This document shows positions 11,803-27,109 of a stretch of DNA of 64,000 bases, in pieces. The DNA comes from Sminthopsis crassicaudata (lineage: Eukaryota). The number at the start of each line of letters is the position of its first letter. The first letter of the stretch is position 1. The notes below the pieces were generated by a model that had not been told where the DNA came from, did no database searches, and worked only from the letters and a program-made list of their open reading frames with translations. Location: contig NC_133623.1 of the NCBI RefSeq assembly GCF_048593235.1, positions 57,626,066 through 57,690,065 on the forward strand, read 5' to 3'. The translations under genes were made by a program, and so were the position numbers.

Positions 11803-14800
11803 CTAGGGCTGCAGCAGCAGGGCTTGGCCACAGAGGCCGGCCAACACCCCTCCGGGGGGCACCACGTAGACCCTGCCGTCGGTGGTCCTGCTCGGGGCCA
11901 GCTGCGCCAGCTGCAGATTGCTCTCACAAAGCTGCTGGTAATCCCAGAGCTGATAATGCCAGCTCTTGCCCTGCTTGCAGAGGAGGTAGATGGCCTCCGG
12001 AGGGTCTGGCAGGGGTGGCGGGGGCTTGCCGGAGGCTGGGTAGAACAGGCCCTTCAGCTCCGTGTCCTCCTCATAATCTGGGCTCAGGGCCGGGCTGGGA
12101 ACCCCGAGCAGCACACCTGTGGGGGGACAGGGGGCTTTGCAGACACGGCCTCAGGCCTTCCTCCTTGTGTGAGCCTCTCCCTTGCTTTCTGTCTGCCTCA
12201 GTATCCCCATCAGTAAAATGGACGCCATAACAATTCTGGGTAAGGCTGAGCAGGGTGCCTGGCACACAGGAGGTACCACCCGCATTACTCAGGAGGCCCT
12301 TTCTGAGGAGGGGGTTGACCTGCACTCACTGGGCCCTCTGCATGGTGCCTTTTTTGCAGGGCCTCGAGCACAGCAGGTCCTGGGGAAAGTTGCTCGCTGG
12401 GGGCCCCCTGAAAGCAGCAGAGCTCGGGCCGAGACCCTCATCCGCCCCCGTTACCTGCACCCACGGCCCAGTGGGCCTTGTGCCCACTCTTCTTGCAGGG
12501 CTCGTGATTGAAGTCCTCGTCGTAGCTGGGCAGGGGCAGTCAAGGCCAAAGAGGGCAGGGCAGGGAGGACCACCCCGGGGCCCCTGAATGAGGATGCCTG
12601 GCACATGAAGGATACGGGACCAGCAGCGGGCGGCCGGAGATGAGGTGCCGCAGGACGCGGCTTTGGTTGGGCTCCCCGAGGCCACCGGCCAGCAGCTCCA
12701 CCTGGCACCCGAAGACCTCCTCGGCCAGCCTCGCCATGCTGGCGGCTGCAGCAAAGACGGGCAGGGGGTCAGCCGTGGGCAGACCCGGCCCTCCCCTCCC
12801 CCCTCGGCTTCCACCAACCTGAGAACATCTCTCCGTGAGCGGTGTACCCCCTCTCCCGAGCCACGGCCACGATCCTCTCCAAGGAGACGTCCTGGGGGAG
12901 CGCCAGCAGAGAGCCCGCCATCCACAGCGCCACCAGGCCACACCTGGGAGGGGAGGGAGGGCCTTCCAGCCTCACGCCAGCCCTTCATGGTGGGCATGGG
13001 AGGAGCGGGGGGGAGGGGGGCCGGCCCAGGACGGGAAGGGAAAGGGAGTTCCATGTGGACATGTGAAGACACCAAGGAGAATCCTCCGGGAGACAGCCCC
13101 GGCGGAGTGGGGGTTCCCCCTGCCAGGCCGAGGGGGCCGAAACCCTGGTGGTGCGGGCTGGCCCCCTGCGTCCGGACCCTCCCTGGAGCCGGGAGGGACT
13201 AATCCAAAGCCTTCATGTTATGGGTGAATGACCGAGAGCCTGAGCGGGGATCCCAGCAGCCCCGGGGTTCCTTCCAGGGCAGGTACCCGCACTGGGGTCC
13301 TACCAGGCCCCTGCCCACGTCCTCGGCTAACGTTTACACGGCCGGGCTTGGCCCGTGGGTGCCTGGAGGCTGCTGCTGCTCTGTGCATCCTGACGTCGTC
13401 CTGTCCCGTCCTCAAGGGAACCCGGAGAGGAGCGAGGGTGCTCACAGAGGGAGCCAGGCCCAGGCCGGGCACTGCGGGGTCCGAGGCAAGCCCCCTCCTC
13501 TGGCCAGGCTGAGGACCCCCCCCATCTCACTGCTCCCTATGCCACAGCCCATCTCGGGGCGGGCCTTCTCTGAGGACCCCCCCCATCTCACTGCTCCCTA
13601 TGCACGGGCCTTCTCTGAGGACCCCTCCCTCCCCCGTCCCGGGAGTCTGAGAGGCAGGGAGGGCTCAAGGGCTACCTACTGGGGGCCTTCCTGGATGAGA
13701 GAGGGCACGTCCGCACAGAAGAGAATCCACTTCAAGTCACCCCGGAACCTGGAGGAAGACATTGCCCGGAGCTCTCAGGAGCCGGCCGGCCTGGGCCCGG
13801 GGGCCTCCCCCCGCTCTTTCAGAGTCCTCATCTCGCAAACAACGCGGGGTGGGACTCAATGGCCTCCGGTGGCACCTCTACTCACTCCTACATACACATA
13901 GGAGGCGGCAGAGAGCGGGCCGGGCTCTCAGACTTCTCGGGGGCCCCCGGGGTCAGCCCGGTCCCAGAGGGCAGAGGCTCGTACCAGGCAAGGGGCAGTG
14001 ATCGTTACCTCACCATTGTCCCCATTTGGCAGTTGAGGAAACTGAGGCAGGCTGAGGTGAAGGGATGTGCCCGGGGCCCCACAGCCAGGGAGTATCCGAG
14101 GAGACATCTGAACTCGGGTCTTCCCGACACCGTGTACCACAAGTCTGCCTGAGCAGGTAGGAGCAGGGGCCTGGCCCGAGCCCACAGGCCGCCCTCTAGA
14201 CTAGGGGTCCTCTGGCTCAAGCTCTTCATTACATGGACGAGAAAGCCGAGGTCATGTGGACGCTGAACATCTGGGACAAAGGGAGGCAGGAGCCCCCGGT
14301 CCCCACCGAGCTCTGCCCCTTCCTGGCTGCAAGACCCTGGACAAAACCTTCCTGATCTCTGACTCAGTTTCCCCATCTGTAAATGAAGAAATGGATTATT
14401 GGTCACTAAACGTATCACAAGAACTTGCACAGGAGCGGTTAAAGACTTGAAGTGTGGGGGAGCTTCCCACACTACCCAGAAACTCTGGGGGTGCTCCCTG
14501 CTCTGCTGCCCCCACTTGTGCCATCTGCCCAGAGGCTCTGGGGGATGACTCCCCGCTGTGCCGCCCCCTATCTGCGGTTCTGAGGATGCCCCTCTATCTG
14601 CACAGAGGTTCTAGAAGATGCCCCCTGCTGGGGGATGACTCCCTGCTGTGCTCCCCATCTGCCCAGAGGCTCTGGGGGATGCCCCCATGCGCACAGGGGC
14701 TCTGGGGGATGACTCCCCGCTGTGCTCCCCATCTGCCCAGAGGCTCTGGGGGATGACTCCCCGCTGTGCTCCCCATCTGCCCAGAGGCTCTGGGGGATGA

Positions 14801-15393
14801 CTCCCCGCTGTGCTCCCCATCTGCCCAGGGGCTCTGGGGGATGACTCCCCGCTGTGCTCCCCATCTGCCCAGGGGCTCTGGGGGATGACTCCTCGCTGTG
14901 CTCCCCATCTGCCCAGGGGCTCTGGGGGATGACTCCCCGCTGTGCTCCCCATCTGCCCAGGGGCTCTGGGGGATGACTCCCCGCTGTGCTCCCCATCTGC
15001 CCAGAGGCTCTGGGGGATGACTCCCCGCTGTGCTCCCCATCTGCCCAGAGACTCTGGGGGATGCCCCCACTGTGCCGCCCCCTATCTGGGGTTCTGAGGC
15101 TGCCCCCATGCGCACAGGGGCTCTGGGGACCCCCTCCAGCCTGGCTGCCTCAGACTCAGGGGGTGGGCGGCCTCAGAGGCAGGAGGTCAGTGCCAGACTG
15201 GGGGACATGGAGCCTACCGGTCCTTGCTGTGCATCAGGAGCCGCCGGACATCGTCCCGGGCCCCCGGCCCCCCTCCGGAGCTGGCCAGGGCCTCCTGCAG
15301 CAGGCGGCTTTTTTCCAGGCCGAAGACGTGGGGGGGCGCGGCGGGGAGGGCGGGGGGCAGGGGAGGGGGCACGGGGCACCCCGGGGCGCTCAT
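11803..15393 (-). CDS. ACTMAP: Actin maturation protease (C19orf54), 6 coding exons, ~294 aa
   Basis: Minus-strand exons 15393-15218, 13748-13680, 12943-12819, 12745-12616, 12525-12455, 12116-11803; phases join, 885 nt. Motifs HVFGLEKS, LIQEGPQCGLVALWM, YDEDFNHEPC, GHKAHWAV, KQGKSWHYQLWDY. Start ATG less certain; an upstream exon could extend it. Confidence 0.92.
14485..15125. repeat. 44 bp VNTR, ACTMAP intron
   Basis: GCTCTGGGGGATGACTCCCCGCTGTGCTCCCCATCTGCCCAGAG; ~8 near-identical central copies with degenerate flanks. Confidence 0.95.
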
Positions 15394-15739
15394 TCTGGGG
15401 GCTGGGATCAGTCTCTGAGCTTGGCAAGGGAATGGGGGATGGGCGGGCACGGGAGAATTAAAGTGCGAGTTTCAGGGGCAGAGCCAAGAACAGGTCTGGG
15501 GACAGTGACTTCTGGGAAAGAAGATCAGGTCTGGGGAGAGTGCAGCTGGCCTAGGAAGCAACAGAGAAGTTAGAGGCCAAAGGTCAAGGTGACTCCAGTC
15601 AAGGAGCCAGGAAAGGTCAAGGGTCAGGAAAGCACATGAGCTGAAGGGCCCAAAGGGCAGGAAGCGGGACGTGGGGCGGAGAGAAGGATATCCAGGTCGA
15701 AGTTTCCAGGCTCCCGCCCACGCCCCCGAACCTCCACCT

Positions 15740-16320
15740 TCTCAAGATGGCGGCCGCCGCCGAACCACGTGACAGATACTGTCCCTTTTCCTCTTCAGCG
15801 TCCATCCCCTCCCCAGTGAGGTCACATGTCATAGGCGTCCGTAATAGGGGACGCACTGCTTACGTAAGGCGTGGAGAAGAAATGAAACTAGGAGACATTC
15901 CCCTTCTCTTCTCGTCCATTCCAAGACGAAGCGGGAGCCAAAGTTGCATTCTGATTGGCAAAGGTGCGCTTGTGAGGTGGGGCGATCTCTGATTGGTCGG
16001 ACGTTCAGGCGTCAAGCATCCGGATTGGTTCTCCTAATGGAGGGGGCGGAGCCTGGCGCTGCCGAGCCCCGCGGAGGAAGGAACCTCCAGAGAGTCGCCG
16101 GTAGCACTCGCGGACGTGCGCCATTAGTGAGTATTCCCCGCGGATGGCCGTCATTGGGCCGGCGGCGGCGCGCCCGGCCTCCGGTGCTCGGATCCCTTCT
16201 CAGGGACGCCTCTCCTAGCTCTCCCGCCCTTCCTTGCCGGCTCCCACCTAAGGGTTCCCGTCCCCGGGGAGAGGGCGGGGCTTCGCGAGCGTGCACCAAT
16301 GGCGGCGCGCCGGGTCCGGC
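15740..16320. promoter_or_regulatory. Bidirectional CpG-island promoter between ACTMAP and SNRPA
   Basis: YY1 motif CAAGATGGCGGC 15743-15754, E-box CACGTGAC 15766-15773, palindrome TTACGTAA 15860-15867, inverted CCAAT boxes at 15954, 15992, 16024, GC boxes; lies between divergent genes. Confidence 0.7.
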
Positions 16321-17278
16321 TTCGGACACGTGGCCTGGGCCCGCCGGTGCCCTCCCCCTCGCTTTCCGCCTCTTCCCGCCGCTCGCTGGGGACCCGGGGG
16401 AGCTGCCGGCGTCTGGTGGCCGGAGCCCCGCCTGCGGGCCTGGGGCACTGGGCCGTGGGCCCCCGCCCGTGGTCTGGGTTCGGCCCCCCTCCCCCTGCCC
16501 GGAGGCAGGTCCCGGGCTCGGGGCCGCGCTGCCCCGCCCCCCGCCCGCCGCGGCCCCCCCTTTCCCCCCCCCCCCCCCCCCCCCCCCCCGTTTCAAACCC
16601 TTGCATCTCCAAGCCTCGAGACTTTGCTCTGTTCCCCTCGTGCCTGGAGTTCTTTTGTTTCTTAGCGGCCTTTCTCCCATCTGGCCGCCCCCGGGGTGGG
16701 GGGGGTGACTGAGAGCCAGCCCCAGGCCGGGCCCTGAAAGGGGGGCGCCAGGGGCGGAGCTGTCCCGCCCCTCCCCCCCAGCAGCTGCCCCGGTCAGCGC
16801 CCTTTGCCCAGGTCCTTGGCTTCTGACGGCGGGAGCTTGGCTGCCCCTGACGCCCCCCTAACAGAGAGCCCGCGGCCCGGGCCGTGGATGCTCCTCATGG
16901 GCAGCCTCTGCTCTCCGGCTGTTGAGATGATGGGACCAGAGGCCTTAGGGGCGGCAACTTCCCCCGGGCCAATCGGCGGCTCCCGCGCTGCTCTTGCTCC
17001 AGTAATTTCATTTCTCTGCGGCCCCTGGGGACCCCCAGGCCGGGACCTTCCTCCCCTGGGGTCCTCGGTCTCACTGCCCGAGAGCAGGCGCGGCCGGGCA
17101 CGCTTCACTTCTGGCGAGCACGCAGACTCGGAGCGCCTCGCTGCTAAATAACCGTGCCCGGGCCGCCGCCCGCTGCCCCCTGGAAGTTCAGGGAAGTGGG
17201 TCCAGAGCGGTCCGAGTCCTCGGCTTGAGTCTGGAGGGCAGGACGAGAAGGGGGCGCAGGTTGTGGGGCCAGCTCTGA

Positions 17279-20581
<3,303 letters not shown>

Positions 20582-20670
20582 CCCCACCCCTTCTCCCGGC
20601 CCCCCCTTCCCCCTTCTTTCCTTCCAGGGTGACTCTCCCCCTGCTCTTCTGCTCGGGGCTGTCGTCCCCT

Positions 20671-20796
20671 GAAGGTAAGTCCCTTCTCCCTCCTCCCCCT
20701 GTGCGTGAGTGTGCCTGCCCTGCGTGCATGTGCCTCAGCATTGTACCCAGAGTCTGCCCTACAGACATTGCACCTGGAGCTGTGGGGCAAAATAAA
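20671..20796 (+). promoter_or_regulatory. SNRPA 3'UTR autoregulatory module: U1 site, PIE and poly(A) signal
   Basis: GAAG/GTAAGT at 20671-20680; ATTGTAC 20740-20746 and ATTGCAC 20767-20773 within pairing arms CAGC/GCTG, CCAG/CTGG, GTCTG/CAGAC; AATAAA 20791-20796. Confidence 0.92.
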
Positions 20797-22315
20797 AGAT
20801 ATGCAAGCCTTGGTTTTCACCGTGTGGCCCTCCTCTCTCCCTGCGGTCCCCTGGGCAGCTGGGCTTAGTAGGCACTCACTCTCCTCCCAGATGGGTTCAA
20901 GGAGGGCCTGGGCTGTAGAATGCCGTGACCCCTGCCAGGCCTCTGATGCTGCGCCTGGACGCTGGCCTGGGAAGGCTTGTCCGGTCTGCTCCCCTGCGCC
21001 CCTTTGCCAGCTTTCTTCTGGCACATGGTCTTGGTCTGGGGCACCCTTCTGGCCAAATGGGCTTTGGGAGAGGCCAACCTGGGTCAGTCAGTCTCGTACC
21101 CCCACAATGGACTCACGAGTCAGACACGACCCAAGGGACTGCACGGCAGCAAACGGGGCCCCTTGCTAGCCCTAGTTTTGTGCTCCTTTAACGGCAGGAG
21201 CGGCAGACTTGCCCAGGGTGGAGGATGGGAGCTGACAGGATAGGTGAATTCACCTCCCCAAACTTTGTGTTTTCTTTGGGAGCCGAATACAGGATTGAGT
21301 GTGCAGTCAAGTAAAGCAGAACAGCTTGAGGGAGAAATCCTGCTCAGGGAAGATGGGGGTGACCAGAGGGAAGGTTTGGAGGAGGTCCTGGGAGAGCTGG
21401 GGGTTGAAGGCACAGGCTTGGTGATGGCGTATTCTAGCACCTTGGCCAGCTCCCTATCATGGGTGCTCTTCAGATGGCTTTTCCTAAGGCCCTCAATAAC
21501 AGTCGGGTGAGCCTCGCTGCTGTGCCTTTTCTTCTTAGAGATTACAGTTACCCCCAAAGCAAGGCGTGGAATAGCCACGTAAGGTTTTCATTTGTCTCCA
21601 TCAACCAGGGCCTGGAGGACAGGTGAAAGGAGTGGACAAGGAGCTAGGTGGTGCAGCGGGCAGAGCGTTAGCCCTTAAGTCGGGAGGCCCCTCATTCAGA
21701 TCTGGCCCTAACACTCACTATCTTTGTGAGCCCGCGGAGGAAAGGATTCTGATCCTAGCTTGGTTGGAACCCCAGGGAGGATGAGACAGGGACTGCGGTG
21801 AGAACTCAGCCAGGAAAGTCAGTCCTGTCAATAACTTAGTTACCCAAGAGGGTTAATGATGCTCATGCCAGAGGTAACACTGGCACTCCAGGCCGGCTCT
21901 CGGATCGGCCTCCTGCCTACTTTCCATTTTGGAATGGGGTGGGTGGGAAGAAGTACCCAGCAGGAGTTTGCATTTCTTCTCAAGGGTGTGGAGGCGAGAG
22001 GTGCTGAGGCCAGTGCAGACCGTCATCCCCATCTCTGGAGCAGCCCCCTCCCCTCTTCAGGCTCGGCCTCAGACAACGCGGGATGTCGGGTAGATCCCGC
22101 TCTCCTCCCTGGGCCGAACGTGGCTTCATGGCCTTGTCTCTGGATGGGTCATGGAACCCCTGGGTGCCTGAGTTGACAGTCGTCACCTCCATGATTCCAG
22201 ACTTGGGATTTAGGGGTATTAAGGAAACTCTGGAAGATGGGTTGGTCAAGGCTGGTGCTGGAAAGGGAAAGGGAGCACATTTGGCTGTTGCTGATCAAAA
22301 GATAAAAGCAAGAAG

Positions 22316-22460
22316 GCCAGCTAGGTGGTGCAGTGGGAAGAGCAACAGCCTTGAATTCAGGAGGACCCGAGTTCAAATCTGCTCTCAGACACTTAACACT
22401 TCCTAGCTGTGTGACCCTGGGCAAGTCACTTAACCCCAGTTGCCTCAGCAAAAAAAAAAA
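22316..22460 (+). mobile_element. Marsupial SINE (WSINE1/SINE-1-like), full length
   Basis: GCCAGCTAGGTGGTGCAGTGG A box, GAGTTCAAATC B box, ACACTTAACACTTCCTAGCTGTGTGACC body, poly(A). Confidence 0.9.
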
Positions 22461-22963
22461 GAAGTGATTGATTAGGGACCTAACCAATGTGAGTGAAGAG
22501 AGGACACTGAGGAGAGATGGCAGGCAAGAAGCAATGGTGAGGAGGAGTGGGAGGAAAGCCAGGGCCAAAATTGTGAACTTGGGTCACTCCCAGGGAGCAC
22601 AGCATGGCTGTGCCCTCAAGTGGCCTAAAGGAGGCACAAGATTTTGGGGAGAAGGTGAGTTTTTGGAAAACATTTCATCAGCTGGTGATGGGTAGCGTGC
22701 AGGCATCCATGACATGCTGAAAAGTTGGGGGGGACGTATGTGGATTTGGGGGTCCTGTTAGAGCCAAAAATTGATCCATGATAGCCCTGAGATCATGGAA
22801 GACCTGGGGGGCGACACTCATGCCTTGAGACTAGGCAAGGGAAGAAGGTCTGGCAAAGGTGGTTGACTGTCAAAACCTGCTGAAAAGTTGGAGAAAAGGG
22901 AAGGAATCACCTGCAGGTGAAGGATTCACCCAGGGCTGGGTGAATTTTTTAAAACATGGGAGA

Positions 22964-23893
22964 CAGTCATTATTAATCAGAGAAATGCAAATGAAGACAA
23001 CCCTGAGATACCATTACACACCTGTCAGATTGACTAGAAAGACAGGGAAAGATAATGCACAATGTTGGAGGGGATGTGGGAAAACAGGGACACTGATACA
23101 TTGTTGGTGGCATTGTGAATACATCCAGGCATTCTGGAGAAGAGCAACTTGGAACTATGCTCAAAAAGTTATCAAACTGTGCATTGCCTTTGACCCAGCA
23201 GTATTACTACTGGGCTTTTATCCCAAAGAGATTTTAAAGAAGGGAAAGGGACCTGTATGGGCAAGAATGTTTGTGGCAGCCCTTTTTGTAGTGGCCAGAA
23301 ACTGGAAACTGAGTGGATGCCCATCAGATGGAGAAGGGCTGAATAAATTGTGGTATATGAATGCTATGAAATATTGTTCTGTAAGAAATGACCAGCAGGA
23401 TGAGGTTTGGAGAGACTTACAGGAACTGATGCTGAGTGAAGTGAGCAGAACCAGGAGAGCATTCTCTACTTCAACAACAATACTATATGATGATCAATTC
23501 TGATGGCCTTGGCTCTTCAACAATGAGATGAACCAAATCAGTTCCAATAGAGCAGTAATGAACTGAACCAGCTCCACCCGTGAAAGAACTCTGGGAGACG
23601 ACTATGAACCACTCCATAGAATTCCCAATCCCTCTATTTTTTTTTCACCTGCATCTTGGATTATCTCAAAGTCCGATTCTTTTTGTACAGCAAAACAACT
23701 GTTTGGACATATATACATATATTGTATTTAATTTATACTCTAACATATTTAACATGTATTGATCAACCCGCCAGATGGGGGAGGGATGGGGGAAGGCGGG
23801 GAAAAGTTGGAACAGAAGGTTTTGCAATTGTCAATGCTAAAAAATTACCCATGCACATATCTGGTAAATAAGCTATCATTTAAAAAAAAAAGA
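22964..23893 (+). mobile_element. 5'-truncated LINE-1 (ORF2 end, 3'UTR, poly A)
   Basis: IREMQMKTTLRYHYTPVRL, QCWRGCGKTGTLIHCWW (ORF2 Cys-rich end); G-rich 3'UTR; TSD AAAACATGGGAGA 22951-22963 / AAAAAATGGGAGA 23894-23906. Confidence 0.95.
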
Positions 23894-25414
23894 AAAAAAT
23901 GGGAGATCTGGGCACATTTGTAGGTGGAAGGCTCAGGAATGAGTAGGGAGAGATACCTAATAGGGAATGATCGGAGGAGAAAGCTTTGAGGAGACCAAGA
24001 AAGGACAGGGCCGGGGCTAAGGATCCCAGCATACCCCTGCATGGGGCATGGGAACCCCCAGCTATGCTGAGTGTTGTGCCGATCAAACTCACTGCCTTGC
24101 CCTCCTGGTAAGTCTATGGTCCTGGGAAGAGGTGGGGATGAGGGAGCTGGAGGGGATTCCCAGGCCCAGGAGGGTCCCCAAAACATTCAGGGAGGAAATC
24201 CCATCTGTTGAACCTTGGAAAGACTTCAGTAGACCGGAAGGAGCCTCCATCCCAGTCATGCCAGCTTTCATGGGCTGGAAGAGAGTGGGATGAGAACCAA
24301 GAGTTTTCCCTGAAATGGAAGCGCTGTGAAGGGCCAGGGTGAGACAGGTAGACAGTGGGGTTCCATCGAACATTTTTCAGGCCCCTCAAAAGATGGCAGG
24401 TGGTGTGGGAGCAAAAAAGGAGTGATGGAAAAAGCTGATTTCAACTCTGGATCCAAAAGATGGTATCGGCTGATGTTGAGAGGCGGAGGGAGTTAGCGCC
24501 CTCTTATTGGTGGCTCCTATCTGGACGACCACCAATCAAGGATATGGACAAATGTCTGCCCTGGTGCAGCCTGGAGGAAGGCCCTGACAAAGTTCTAAAT
24601 TAGTGTCTGTGACTTTGTCTTTCCCCGCCGGAGTGGATCTCTTTCCAGTTGTATAAAATGCCAGGTTTCAGGTGCTTCGGGGAAAACAACGATTCAGAAC
24701 ATGCATTCAGCCCTGCAACTCCCTCCCTCATTACCTTAGGGTCTCAACTCTTCCATCTGTAAAGTGCAGTGGTTGGACCAGGTGCCTTCCAACTTTCCAG
24801 TTCTTATTCCTTGGAGCTTCTGCCCTTTAGCTCTTTCTGAAATCAGGGGGTTGGTCCACCTGGAGCCCCTCACTACCATCTGCCCAGAACTTAGGCAGTA
24901 GCAAATCGCAACTGTGAATCTTGCCCTGCTGCGCAGCCTCCTGGCCCCGTAACCAGACAAGTCAGGAGAGGAAGGCAGGGCCTGGAATCCGGTGGAGAAT
25001 TTCCTGTGGGCAAGAGAGGAATGGCAAGGGAACAAGGAGGCTCTTGAGAGTGGGAGAGGGAGCCCCCTCTCAGGCTCTGCCTTCCTCTCCTGAATTCTCT
25101 GGTTGTGGGGCCAGAGGCAGCGCAGGAGGGCAAGATTTGAGGTTGGGAGCTGATGCTGGCTGGGTCCTGGGCAGCTTTTGAGAATAGAGCCCTTTTTCAG
25201 GAGGGCAGGAAATCCCAGACTGGGCCCCCAAGAGAAGGATTAATCACCACTTTGACACTTGGATCTGACGAAGTTGGTGAAAGCTTGGCAGCCTACAAAT
25301 TGGAGAAAGCCTCAGGGCGGGGATGGCAACTACAGAATTGACAGGCAGGCCCCCCCAGAAGTGAGAAGGGAGTTCCAGTAGTCTCAGTCTGGCCCTTAGA
25401 CTTATCCGCGCATC

Positions 25415-26773
25415 ATGATCCGGACCCCGGTATCTCTGCTTCTTGCTACCATTTTTCTCAGCAGCCTCCCCAATCTAGGCTCTGGGGGGCGACTGATGGC
25501 CAAACTGGCAGCCAGGAAGCTGTGTGCAGATGAAGAATGCAGCTGTAAGGTTTTGGGGCCTGGGGTGCGGTGGGCACTGGGTCCTGGAGGGGATAGGCTG
25601 GGTGCTTTGGGCCAGGAGAAGAGGGACTGCTAGGGGCACCTTATATTTTCCCAGAAAGTAGACCAAGTGCCATCTCCGGCTGGTGCCAGGGTTGGAGCTG
25701 AGCAGTCCTGGGCTTTCCTGAGGTGGAGTACATTCGGGAAACAGCCTCCTAAGTATCCCCAACAATCCTTTCTGCCCTAGACCCAATCTCCCAGGCCATC
25801 GCCCTGCAAGACTACTCGGCCCCAGACTGCCGCTTTCTGTCCGTCCAGCAGGGCCAAGTGGTCTTCGTCTACTCCAAGCTGATGGGCCGAGGACGCCTCT
25901 TCTGGGGGGGCAGTGTGAGTGGTGGCTGGGGCCTGAAATTGGGAGGGCTGCCAGGATTGGGGTTTGGGCAGAAGAGAGACGTGGTGGAAGGGATCCTGAA
26001 GCCCCCGTTTTGTTTTTAAGGGATCTAGGTAGCACAGGAATGCCTAAGTTTAACCCGGCCTCAGACATTTATTAGCTCTGCCCGCAGACTTCTTTCCCAG
26101 GGCTGCGCAGACGGTCTGGGGCGAGTGTGGCTTGCAAGCTCTGACCACATGCTCCCTGCTGCCCATACCAGGTTCAGGGGGAGTACTATGGGGCCCAGCC
26201 TGCCCGCCTGGGCTACTTCCCAAGCAGCATCCTCCGAGAGGACCATGTCCTGAAGCCTGCCAAGGTGGAGGTTAAAACGGAGGTGAGCGCCCAGAAGCCC
26301 CCGGCACTTCCTTTCTCCCCCTTCTGCTCCCTAGATGGTTAAATCCTACCTTCTAATCCCGACCCGGCAAACTAGCCACAGGCGGGGGGCAAGCCAGCCC
26401 CTTTACCTCTCCTGGGCCTCAGTTTCCCCGGCCGCTGACTGAGAGCCTCCGACTGAACAGACGGCTTCTCGGAGCTGCTCTCAGCTCCCTCATCCCACAG
26501 CTTGGGAAGGGTTAGATGAAATGATTCTACCGCCTTTATTAAGGCTCACGTTTGAGTTAATCTCTTCCGATATTTGCCAACCCCTGGGTCCTCAGCTGTT
26601 CTGCAGAAACGTTCGGGTTTCCCTGACACGGGGACTGGCATTTGGGGACCCTCTCCCCTTCTGCAAACTATTTCCCTCCGCATCCCACTCTCCGCTACCC
26701 CTGCCCGCAGGCTTGTGCCCTTTGCCCATCCACCTCGTCTCTCTTTCAGAAGTGGGACTTTTACTGCCAGTGA
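25415..26773 (+). CDS. MIA: Melanoma inhibitory activity protein (secreted SH3-like), 4 exons, 132 aa
   Basis: Exons 25415-25544, 25781-25914, 26172-26282, 26750-26773 (399 nt). Hydrophobic signal peptide, KLAARKLCADEECS, LQDYSAPDCRFL, LFWGGSVQG, RLGYFPSS, KWDFYCQ. Confidence 0.95.
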
Positions 26774-27109
26774 GTCCAGGCTGCCCCTGGCCCAGTCTCT
26801 GCCCGGCTGGAGAAGCAGATGCTGGCCCCGAGCCTCAGGACGTCTCCTCCCCGCCCTCCTGTGCCCCTTGCCCCGTTTTGTGCCAATAACACCCGTGTGC
26901 AGCAGAGCCCGGTCGTGGTGAATTTGTATGTGCGCGTGGACGCGTGAGCGTGCGTGGTGTCAGGTTGCCGGCGGCCCGGGGTCTCGGGTTCGGGTGATCC
27001 ATAAAACTCGGCTTTGTGGCCGTCATTAGTTGCTAGGCAAACTTTCCCTTCAGAGGGATCCAAAGACCCGATTTCTGTGGCCTCTTTCCAGCGAGGCATT
27101 AGAAATAAA

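Noticed and set aside
14485-15125. Repeated ATGACTC as an AP-1 site array
   Set aside because: The sequence is TGACTCC, not TGACTCA; only a half-site.
21120-21578. 152-aa minus-strand ORF with protein-like composition
   Set aside because: GTG start right after a stop, no convincing splice sites and no family I recognise; needs RNA or conservation evidence.
24048-24720. Cluster of short ORFs in complex sequence upstream of MIA
   Set aside because: All frames interrupted; no recognisable homology.
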